Shown: positions 11,073 through 21,810 of the stretch, piece by piece
How positions within the stretch are numbered: the stretch's first letter is position 1
How the letters are laid out: each line of letters begins with the position of its first letter
Assembly (NCBI RefSeq): GCF_009834535.1
Contig: NC_045707.1
Location: 49,974,001-50,038,000, forward strand
Direction: 5' to 3'
Length of the DNA: 64,000 nt
Source of the DNA: Camelus ferus
Taxonomy: Eukaryota
Translations under genes and position numbers: made by a program
Notes under the pieces: generated by a model
What the model saw: the letters and a program-made list of their open reading frames with translations, nothing else
Databases searched by the model: none
Told to the model about the DNA's origin: nothing

Positions 11073-12789
11073 TTAAACCGAGGGAACTACAATGCTGAAA
11101 TGTAAAGAACATAAAAAGTAATAATTTTGTAAATTTGCCCTTCAGAAGGTTGTTCAGGACCAGAGGTTCTATATACTTGGACAAAATGCTTTTATAAAAT
11201 TAGATTCTCTAGTACTTTAAAAATCAATGTTAAGAAGAGAAACTATAATGTATAGAGGATTATATTGAATTTAGTTTTTAATTTACTGTGATTAAAAATG
11301 AACCTCAAATATATTTAAAATTACATTTTTGTGGAAATGTGTTTTGTAAGAAGTTAAAATCTCTATCTCATTATTTGAAAAACAAATTATGACCAACTTT
11401 AAGCTAATTGGTTTTGATGAAAGCAAAATGAAAGGATTTCAAATAATCAGGTCATGAAAGTACTTGTTTTTCAAATTCTAGTCTGTTTACAGCTACAGTC
11501 TCAAAATTACACAATATGCCATTTAAAATTTTTTTCTAGCATATTATGCTTTCTTGCATAGTTGAAAGTAAAATATGTGTCACTTGACAGGAAAATGTAA
11601 TTTTATGAATATTTAGTATTAGATTAAAATATTTATAGTACACTAGGAGTATACATCTTTAAAATAATTTTACATAAATCACCTTATACCTGAAAGAAAT
11701 TACTAATTGACTTTTTTCTAAGAATAAAAAATTAGTCAGAAAAGGTTGGCTCCAACCATCCAGTTAGTTAATCCCTAAAAGATCCCATAACATTATCCAG
11801 CTGGTCGTCTGTTCCTATGCTTGAGTATTTCCAGCAATAGTTACAGTGCACACGCTAACATTTATTGAGCCCCTTTTCTGGGCCACTTGCTCTTCTATTC
11901 TACCTCAGTATGTCATTACAAGTCTATCACCCTTTTATAATAAAGAAACTTGCCCAAGGCCACACAGCTAGTTAACATCATTGGGATTGAATCCAGAACT
12001 GTTCAACAGCCAAACTCATAACCATTACAGCAAACTGTAAAGCCTCTTCAGCTTGGTCCAGTCACTCCAAGGGTGAGAATCAGGATCATAACAAACCAGT
12101 TCTTCATGGAGTTTTCAGATACCTGAAGGCAGCTTGCATGTCCCCAAAACAACATCCCTGTCCTTGCTTACCAGAGATACAGGTCAGACATTTCTTTGAG
12201 GACAGCATGTAATAAACTGACTGATGGATAGGCCATCAATAATTTTAAATGGATGAAGTAAGAGTTCTGAAGAAAAAAGGCTTCACTCCATGATTTTACT
12301 AGCAACTCAAATGTTTAATAACAAAAGGCTCATTTATGTATATTATAGCATATCTTCATGATAGAATAAGGAATCATTAAAAATGTAAAAAAGGAGTTTA
12401 AAAATTGTACATACTTTTTATAGCCTGCTTTTTTCATTCTGTATTATATTGTAAGAATTTCCATGTTAATACTTAAGACTCAGTTCCTTAAAAGAATGAG
12501 TTGTGTGACTTAGGACATGTTATTTGTTCTCTATGAGCCTTATTTCATACTATAAGTTGGGATAATAATATATCTCCCTATCTCTCAGGAGTTTTGTAAT
12601 GATCAAAGGAGAGGAAATGTTAGGAAGTCCTAGCAAATAGCACAGCCTGTTTAAAAAAAAAAACAATTCAATAACTACTTTGTGATTGGATTGTGATAGT
12701 AAGAGCTTTCTTTAAAGGGGTATTATTAGCAAATTATTTAATACATGCTGATCCCAGTACAATGAGGAAGGCAAGGTTGATATGGTATT

Positions 12790-13290
12790 ATAGACTGGTA
12801 GCCTGTGAGCCCTGTTTAATCCATTGATGTGTTTCGTTTGGCCAGAATAATAATGGCCCAAAGGTTTGTTTGTTTTTGTTTTTGTTTGTTTTAAATGTTT
12901 TTAATTGATTGCCTGCATTGACAATTAGATTTCACTAAAAACATCCAGATTGGTGACATCTAGCAACATTAGACCCTGATACCCATATGGTAACAATAGC
13001 TTGGTGCTTTATCTACCCTCTCTGGTTTGCCACAGTCTCCACCACTCCCTATGGCTCCACACCACTGTCTTTATCAGTATTGGTGACCATTTATTACTGT
13101 TTCTCTTACAGTAAAACTAAAAGGAAAGTGAAATATTTTTATTGCCATCAAGTGTGGAATAATACAAGATTGATAAAGATTCACTCTCAAGAAAAAAATT
13201 TTCTCATTCTGGTCTTTTTCACTCATATTCGTTACCTGCCTGGCCCCATGGGCATATGTGTGAAACCTGTAGCCTATCATAAAATCCTAG
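12790..13290. mobile_element. MER102-like hAT-Charlie element
   Basis: atccagatt...atctagcaaca...cccatatggtaacaat...tttgccacagtctccaccactccctat resembles MER102. Confidence 0.55.
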
Positions 13291-16200
13291 ACGTGTAACA
13301 AACCAGCACTTTGGGCCAGATAATCAGATCTCTTCTTCATTGTATAGGTGGGTGAGTTCCCCTGAGAGATTGTGACTTGCCGAAGTTTCTAGTTAGAAAC
13401 AAATCTGAGGCTGAACCACACATAGACTGTCTTATCTCTGTGTATTTATTAGGCTTTTAAAAGTTTTATTATTTTTGTCTTAATTTGTAAATAATGGAAA
13501 TTAGTGTAAAGGAAATTCTCTTTAGAGTAAGCAAACCCTCCAAAACCTCTTCCGTCTACAAAACACATATGTAATTCATGGCTTTTTAAATGCATATTTT
13601 TAGCATTTTCTGATAATGTCAAGAAACGTTTTAGTTCACTAAACCTTAGTTTTGTTGCAATGCTCATAGCAAATTTAAAGAGACCATTTGAAAGGAATTG
13701 TATTTTGCATTAATGGTTTTCCCTTTTTTCAAGAATGGAGAACCTGGCTAGAACTTGTCCTTGAAGGCAATACAACCTTGAAGCATGTGTGTGGAGGTAG
13801 TCTTGGTGTAGGTTGTAGATTTGGTTTAGCATGCCAGGATGTGGAACTGGAAGACCCATGAATAATAACAGTTTGATGTATATCTATATAATTGCTTTTA
13901 ACTATGAATTTCAAGCTTCTTCTCCAACACATTACTTAATAGAAATAACAAACAACTGAGTTAAATTATTTTATTTTTCTATTCTTTTTCTTCCCCTCTC
14001 CAGTTTCTGGAAAGGGAAATAGCTCAAAGTCTTGAAGTTGCAAAGCAGGTGACATGGGTAATTCACAACTGACTCTATACTGAGTAAGTGAGGCAATATT
14101 AGTATGTATAAAAATATAAAGCTCTTTTGAGATTTATCATGTGACTAATTGAGTTAAATTGAAGATAGAACAAAAGAAAAATAGCTGGTAGTTTTATTAA
14201 AAGAACAGTATTTTTTTAAGCTTTCTCTTTGGGAACATTATCTTCTATTGGATTTGAAACAGTTTTCTATAGGCGATTTGGAATTATATTTGTTATGAAA
14301 CATTCCCAAATATAAATAGCTTTGCTTTTTATTTCAAATTACAAGAATAATCCATGCTCATTAAATAAGGAAGGTATCTAATGATAGGGAAAACTACCCT
14401 TAACCCCGTCACCCAGACTTTAAATATTGGCGTACGTATTTAGATGCTTTTGTTCTGTGAGTTAATAACACAACTCCTTTCTTCAGAACTGTCCACAGTT
14501 GGAGGACTACATATTTTAAAAAGAAGTTTGATGAATTTTATGAATAGCCTAATGAAATCCTAATTGCCAGGGATAATGTATATACCTAAAAGGAAAGGGA
14601 TACCCACAAGGAAAAAAAATCTACATGAATGAAGGTTGAGGTCTGGCCTATTGATCAGAGTGACCAGGCCAACTGGGGGAGGAGAGCAGAAGCCTTGAGG
14701 CTGTCCCTGAGAAGGAAAGAAGTGAACAGAAGAAGAGCTGTGTGGTTAAAGGCCCGGGCAACTATGCAGTAAAGGCCATCTCCCAAGAGGACTGTAGGGT
14801 GAAAAAGCATTGTTACCAGTGGCCCAAGCCCCTCTTCTATGGAACCCTTATAAACTGAGGCAAGGATGTAAGCAGAGAAGCCATTTCTCCATCAGTTAGA
14901 GAAGGAGATGGAGTGGAGGTAGGCTTAGAAGAAGAAGTTCAAATGGAAATAGTCCCAAGTGGCGAGTGTGGAAGACCCAAGCCAATGACAGTGGGAGAGC
15001 AGGCCAGAGCAAGTCAGCATTTACAGTAATAAGCAGTCCTGTTACCCTAATCACTTGAAGTGATGCTTTAAATTCTGGTCAGAAATCTCACTGGGTGTCT
15101 GTCTATCCTGCGCAGGGACTGTCCTTGGCAGAAGGGGTATCAAAACAAAAGAGACACAATTCCCAGGATCTGAGACTGAGAGGGGAACAGTTATGATAAT
15201 GTGATAAGTGCAGTAACAATGCCAAACAGCATATTCTGGAGGATTAACTCTCACAAGGCTGGAAATCCAGGGTTAAAGAATGTTTAGCAGAGAAATCCCC
15301 AGGGCAAGAAATTGAGAGATGGATGAAGTTCTGCCAGCCTAGAGAGACAGAGACAGTCCAGACAGAGAAAATAGCCCATACAAAGGAGCAGGGGAGACAG
15401 AGATGTTTTCACCATGATTTACAAGCTCATCAGGTAAGCAGTAGTTCGGAATCTACTACCCTTTAAGACTGATCGAATTACACATGTTTAAAATACAGTA
15501 AAATCTCTCTCTGAAACAGGCTAATGGAAAAGGCTTATCTTGATCAAATAGATTCTTGGAGATGTGGGATTATATTGCTTCTAAATATGTAGAGACATTC
15601 AGATGAGAGTAACTGTTGAATAATAAGAATTTTCCAAACTGACGATGAATGGCTTTATAAATGTGTGCTTCTTAACATGCTCTGTTCTAACATTTAAACC
15701 TTTTCCCTTACAATCTTGATTATGCTATGAATTTGCTAAACTCACCTTCTTTTGCTTCTGTGTAAAGCTATAAATCAAAATAAATCCTGAATTTGAATAA
15801 TAAATATTTATTGTACTATTTTGTGCCCCCCACCCAATTTTTTGTTTTGTTACTAAAAAGACATTCTACTCTTTAGTGAATAGGTTTACTTAATAAATAT
15901 TTCCTCATTTGGTTTGATTTGGTGACAGAATGGACAAGAAGGTTTAAAGATAAATATCTTTAAAGTTATACCTTCACTGCCAACTGTGCAACTTCATGTG
16001 AAGATCTAACATAATTAAAAAAAAATAAATTCTCTGTCTTATGCCAACATAACTAATTCCATGAAGTTTGAATCATCACAAAACTAAAACTGTTTCATAA
16101 TTTCTTTTAGCCAGTCCTTTTAAGTATACAGTACATTTTACTGTGTACTCAGTTGTATGGAATGTGGACGCAGCATCTGATTTAATATTTTCTATTTGGG

Positions 16201-17021
16201 CTGTTTACTTTGTAGTCAAACTTTCTTCAAAAACATTTTCTTCTCCCCCCACATTTTCCGTCCGAGGCTGTCAGTTCCTATTTAGAAAGGTTAATTGAGA
16301 TCTGGAGTCCCCAGGCCTCTGATACAGAAGCAGCTTTTGCTGGCCTTCAGAGTTTTCTTTGAATTTGTTGCCAGCTCTGATTCTACATGTAAATATTTGC
16401 CTGAGTGGGTTAAATTTTCTTTTTCCGCAAAGTTGGGGGGATTGAGGTTACCATAGTATAATTTATGATATCAGAAAACGAACCTTCATTTCTGCACACT
16501 TCTTTTGGCCGAATTCTTGGTTGTTGTCAAATGTGCAGATGTCTACATCACTGTTCTTCATTAAACTTTTAGCCTCCTTTGGAACCGCTGAGTCGACCAG
16601 GAGATAATGCAACACATTTGCAGGAGCCCAGGCTGTTTTAATTAACTCCCCTTAATGTCACAGAGGAGGGTATGTCGGGTGAACCCTTTGCCATGACCCT
16701 TAACTCTTAAAGTGAGCATCGTCTTGGGAAAGCCAGCGTGGAGCCACAGGCGTTGAAATGCTGACGTGTTTCTTTTTTACCTCTTCAAAAAGCAGAACCT
16801 GCTTTGGAATGTGGTGGAAATAACCCACCGCAGAAGAAATCATCTGTGAGCCGAAGAACTTGCTGCTAATGTTGGCTTTCTGCCACAGTGTCCTGACTGG
16901 GAAGGAAGACACCCTGTCTTTTTCCAGCACCTCACTTCCTGTTTCCAAACAGAGGCCACCCTCCCAAGTTAGACCAGAGGAAGGGAGCTGACAGAGCCGT
17001 CCCTGGGCTCCCTCATCTCTG

Positions 17022-17515
17022 CCTGCACTGCCTAATAGGAATCTAATGTGAGCCACACCGGTGATTTTAAATTTTCTAGTAGCCACATTAAAAAAAGTAA
17101 CAAGAAACAGATGAAATTCATTTTAATAGTATATTTTAACCCAACATATCTAAAATATTATCACTTCAACAGGCAATCAATAGAAAATTTATTAACAAGA
17201 TAGTTTTCATTTTTTTTAATTATCTTTAAAATCTGTTGTTTATTCTACATCCAGAGTGTATCTCAATTCAGACGTTAAATTTTCATTGGAAAAACATGTT
17301 CAGTTATTTCAATTTCATAAAATTCACAGTTGAAAAATAGACTCACACGTTGTTCCAAGCGAACTAAAAATGCTTTTCCAATAGCTGAACCACAGATCAG
17401 TTTTTAAAAATTAATTGGAATTAAATAAAAGTATTCTGTTTCTTAGGTGCACTAGCCCACATTTCAGGGGCTCAAGAACCACATGTGGCTGGCTGGTGAC
17501 TTCCATACTGACCCT
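17022..17515. mobile_element. MER33/Charlie1-derived DNA transposon
   Basis: gtgagccaca...tttaaattttctagtagccacattaaaaaaagtaa at one end and cacatttcaggggctcaagaaccacatgtggct at the other. Confidence 0.8.
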
Positions 17516-17534
17516 GTGACAACACAGAATCGTA

Positions 17535-17696
17535 ACCTTGCTACTTAAAGTGTGGTCTACACCCCGGCACCACCTGGGATCTTATCTGAACTGTAGAATC
17601 TCAGGCCTCACCCCAGACTTAACTGAATAAGAATCTAAATTTTAACAAGATCCCCAGGTGATTCATATGTACAATACAGTTAAGGAACCACTGATC
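17535..17696. mobile_element. MER5A MITE
   Basis: aaagtgtggtct...cacctgggatctt...agaatctcaggcctcaccccagac...ttttaacaagatccccaggtgattcatatg...ggaaccactg. Confidence 0.85.
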
Positions 17697-17914
17697 TATT
17701 TAACACACCAGGAAAATTAGTATTACTGCATCAGTTTTACAGATGGGTGTACTGAGGCTCAGAGAGGTTATATAATGGGCCTAAAAATCACAGAGCTAAT
17801 AAGTGTAGGAGCTAAAGTTCAAACTCAAATCTTACCCATTTTTAAGCTCACACTCTTTCTAATATCTATCACTTAAAGCATGAAACAAGTACTACTTATG
17901 ATATGAAAGTTAAT

Positions 17915-18205
17915 TTTTTAATTTTTTTATTGAAGTATGGTTGATGTACAATATTACATAAAAGTTACAGTTGTACAATATAGTGATTCACAATTTTTAA
18001 AGTTATATTCCATTTATAGTTATTATAAAATATTTGCTGTATTCCCTGTGTTATACAATATAGCCATGTAGCTTATTATACCTAATAGTTTGTACCTCTT
18101 AGTCCCCTACCTGTATATTGCCCCTACCCCCATCCCTCTTCCCACTGGTAACCACTAGTTTGTTCTGTATATCTGACTCTGCTTCTTTTTTGTTATATTC
18201 ACTGA
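17915..18205 (-). mobile_element. Artiodactyl-type L1 3' end
   Basis: ttttattgaagtatggttgatgtacaatatt...tgtacaatatagtgattcaca...cccactggtaaccactagtttgttct. Confidence 0.85.
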
Positions 18206-18718
18206 AATACAAAGTTTGAAGATTTGACCCTTTTCTATCCTCTTTTAATTTTTCTAATGAGGTCAAAGATCAAGTCTCTGATTGGTGCCATTATGTTTTC
18301 AGTATCTAACACTTACTACAAGTGGGCCACAGCCTTGGAACCTTCAGTAAAGTATTTAGCTAGATCTTGACGGCTTTGTTTCCTTTCATTGTATTTATTC
18401 TTACTTTTGCCATCTATTTATGACAAATGTTGCTGGCTTTCCCTTTACAGTAGTGATACATAAAGTAGATGTACTGCCATGAGACAGAGTGATTATACAT
18501 GTGAGTGAAGGTGGGGCACAGACACAGCCACACGGGGAAGGAGGCATGGAGATGACCGATGCGTGTAAAACACAGCGCTGGAGGAAGGTGCTGCCCAGGG
18601 CTTAAGATTTTAAGCACCATGCTATATTCGTCACCTAATAGATTTGGGACTAGGTTTGGAATAAAGACTCTTGCCTCCATTGTTGATGCTTGACACAGGC
18701 AGCTTTTAGGTCCCCCTT

Positions 18719-18759
18719 CTCTCTCTCTCTCTCTTTTTTTTTTTTTTTTTTTTTTTTTT
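18719..18759. repeat. (CT)n followed by a T26 homopolymer
   Basis: Direct reading. Confidence 0.95.
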
Positions 18760-18924
18760 GCTCCACATCTAGACAAGCCTAATGGAAGCTGGTACCTTCC
18801 CTCTCCTGGTACCAGTGAGGAAGTCACTTCATTCCACCCCTACCTCCTCACCACCCACACACAGAAGCCACTCACCTCTTCCTTCTCTCCACCAGTGGTC
18901 AGATCCTGGATCCTCATCCTGCTG

Positions 18925-20690
18925 CACTGAGTGACATCATTTGACAGCTGATGACTCTTTGCTCCATGACACACTTTTTTCATTTTCTTCCCAGACACAA
19001 TACACTCTTGGTTTTCATTGTATTTTGTTGGTTACTCCCTCTCAGTCTCTTTTTTTTTTTCACTGATGCAAAATATTTATTCCAAGTTAGTTGTTTTATG
19101 CAGTAGCCGCCCCCCTCAACAGACTTGTGATAACCATATCTCTTAAATCTGTAATGTTATCGAAATAATCTTAATCCCTGAAATCTCACAAAAATTTATA
19201 CTTTACAATCCACCTTGAATATCAAGGCTGCAAAAATAACACATTTCCTATATCCAAGTATTTTACAGCTGTACCCAAAAAGGAAAAAAAGGAAAAAAAA
19301 ACCCACATATGCTTGGTTAAGCACTAACGTTACTGAGCTGCCAAAAATAAAATAAAATATCCAAAGTATTAGCATTAATTTAATACAATTATAACCTCCA
19401 TAGTCATTTTTGTCATTGATGATGATTACTTGAGCACAGGGGTGAGTGCCCCAAGGGCTGGCAGTGGAAGCTGTTGCTGCAGACCAGGGTGTCCTCTCCA
19501 CACTGCCAGCTCCCACCTGGGCATCACCCCATAGATACCGTGTGTGTGTTTAATAAGTCTTTCCCACTACACAAAGTTCTCTCTATTAAGCAAGTAACAG
19601 GGAAGAACAACAACAACAAAACCTATACAAGCCAGTCACTCTCTCTTTGGGATATGATTATTTCCCTTGTGCAAGAAGTATTTAACAATAACATAAGAAA
19701 AGGTAAAAAGAACCATTGCTTCTGTGTAATCCCTAAGCACGCAAGCTGAGTTTACTGGATCAGATTTAACTGCAAGCATTTATATGCCTACTTCCTGGCA
19801 TCATCATCAGATGTTTCACTGCTACTGGTTTCTGTGTCCTCTCAGTCTCTTTTAATGGTTTCTTCTTAATGTTGGAGTGCCCCAGGGATCGGTCCTTGAT
19901 TCTCTTCTGTATCTTTACTCACTTCCTTGGTGATCTCATTATCACCTGAAATACAAATCTATATGCAATCACATTCAAATGTATATTTCTAGCCCAGACT
20001 CCCCTGAACTCCAGATTTGTATGCCCAAGGCTTACTTGACATCTCTACTTGGATGTCTAACAGACATCTGGAAACCAACATTTCCAAAAAAAAAAATACC
20101 CTCCTGATCTTTCCCCCTCATCCAAAGTCATCTCAACTGATGGCAGCTCCATGCTTGCTGTTTCTTAGGACAAACTTTGAAGTCATTTTTGACTTTCCTC
20201 TTTCTCTTACACCTCCTCTCCAATCCAGCAGGAAATTCTGTTGACTCTAGGAGGTGTTTGGAATCCAACCACTTACACCACCTCCACTGCTATCACCCTG
20301 GTCCGAGCCACAACCACCACCTCTGTGTAGATTACTGCAGTAGCGCCCCGACTGGTTTGCGTCTTTCTACCCTTGTCCCCTGAAGTCAATTCTCAGTGAA
20401 GTGGCCACCATGATCATTTTAAAATATAAGTCAGATCATGTCCTTACTCCATACCCTCAAATGCTTACTCAGATCCTCACAGTGTCCTCCAGGCGTCTTA
20501 AATCTATCCTCTCCATCCTCACCTTCTTGACTCTCTTCATCACTCCTTCTCCTTTAGGTACCATGGCCTCCTTGCTGTTTCTTCAAAACACCAAGTACGG
20601 TTTCACTGTTAGACCTTTGCATTAACTGCTACCTCTGTCTGGAACACTCCTCCCACAGATAGCCATGTGGCTGACTTCCTCAATTCCTCA
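18925..20690 (+). mobile_element. L2 LINE (RT-region relic) split by the retrocopy at 19054-19837
   Basis: ggagtgccccagggatcggtccttg encodes GVPQGSVL, an L2 RT motif. ctacttggatgtctaacagacatct, aagtcagatcatgtc and ggcctccttgctgtttcttcaaaacacc also match L2. Confidence 0.85.
19054..19837 (-). pseudogene. 5'-truncated processed pseudogene (last codons plus 3'UTR), probably of GPBP1L1
   Basis: The minus strand begins ACA GAA ACC AGT AGC AGT GAA ACA TCT GAT GAT GAT GCC AGG AAG TAG (TETSSSETSDDDARK*, 19835-19788), matching the GPBP1L1 C-terminus as I recall it (...DTETSSSETSDDDAWK). AATAAA at 19081-19076, poly(A) at 19060-19050, 16-bp TSD CCTCTCAGTCTCTTTT at 19038-19053 and 19838-19853. The retrocopy structure is read directly; the parent gene is from memory. 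Confidence 0.85.
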
Positions 20691-20691
20691 G

Positions 20692-21445
20692 AGTTAAAGT
20701 ATAAATTAAATATATGTCAGTCCACACTGATATAAATAAATGAGGGAAGAGAGACACACATTCGATACAGAAGAATTTCAAATGATACATGTAGATACTA
20801 CCTCCTGCAGGAGGTGGAGTTTAGCCTCATCCTCCCTTTGAGTGTGAGGGTTAGACTTAGTGACTTGCTCCCAAAGAACAGAATATGGAAAGGGAAAAAA
20901 ATAGCAATTTTACTTTGGAAAAACATGACAAACATGACCTTAACCAGGTGATCAAAGTTAATATTGCCAGTGATATCACATGAGTATCTTTTACCTCCAT
21001 GTATGAAAGTAACTTCACCTTTGTGGTGTTCTTTCCAAAAAAACCCATCCCCTCAGTCTAATCTTGAGAAAAACATCAGACAAATCCAGTTTGAGGGGCA
21101 ATCTACAAAGTAACTGACTAGTACCCCTCAAAACAGTCATAGACCCGAGGAGACTAAGGAAACATGAAAATAAATGCAAAGTGGGATTCTGGATTGGATC
21201 CTAGAACAGAAAAAAAAAAGGGGGGGGGGGAGAACACATGAAAATAGTGATGAAATCTTAATAAAGTCCAGAGTTTATTAGTTATGAACTGATGTTAGTT
21301 TCTTAATTTTGACAAATGTACCACAGTAAGGAAGGATGGTAACATTAGGGGAAACTGACACTGGGTGAGGGATGGACAGAAACTCTGTACTTCGTTTGCA
21401 GCTTTTCTGTAAATCTAAAATTATTCCAAAGTAAGTTTTATTTAA
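20692..21445 (+). mobile_element. L1MC/L1MD-type LINE-1 3' end
   Basis: accttaaccaggtgatcaaagttaa...aaaacatcagacaaatcc...gcttttctgtaaatctaaaattattccaaa. Confidence 0.8.
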
Positions 21446-21459
21446 GGCGATATAGCTTC

Positions 21460-21810
21460 ATGCAGGCCTCCTTTCCCTCCTTCTCCCTCTCCTCTCTGGC
21501 TACACCAGCTCTTAGAGCCCATTAAGAGCTGTAAGGACATCCAGTGTACACGGAGGCGTCTGGTGCAGACGTTCCAGCTGACCGTCCCAGGCGCAGTTTC
21601 AAACGATGGCCGGCATCAACCAGCGGACACACGTGTGAGGAGGCCGCTGGGATGAGTCCAGCCGCAGGCACCCATCGCACTGCGCATGCGCGGGAGGCTC
21701 TGCGTGAGGACGGCGTCGACGAGCCGCGTCAGCCCGCAGACGACGAGCGGCAGTGGTAAAAAGAGACGTACTGTTTTACGCCAAGTTTAGGGTGGCTTGT
21801 TACACAGATT
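21460..21810 (+). mobile_element. MLT1 (MLT1H-like) MaLR solo LTR, unusually CpG-rich
   Basis: ccagctgac...ggcatcaaccag...gtgtgaggaggcc...tccagcc...gagcc...gtcagccc...tgttttacgccaagtttagggtggcttgttacacag follows the layout of the MLT1 3' half. Confidence 0.65.
21679..21692. promoter_or_regulatory. NRF1 binding motif inside a CpG-dense patch
   Basis: ACTGCGCATGCGCG, against the NRF1 consensus TGCGCATGCGCA. E-box CACGTG at 21630-21635. Confidence 0.6.

Noticed and set aside
18414..18827. 137-aa ORF with poly-Lys and RE repeats
   Set aside because: An artefact of translating the T26/(CT)n simple repeat.
19196..19749. ORFs of 106 aa (-) and 91 aa (+) within the retrocopy
   Set aside because: They lie in the part corresponding to the parent 3'UTR. 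The true coding remnant is only 19788-19835.
21544..21759. 71-aa GC-rich ORF in the CpG patch
   Set aside because: GTG start, and the open frame is explained by stop-codon depletion in GC-rich LTR-derived sequence. No recognisable homology.
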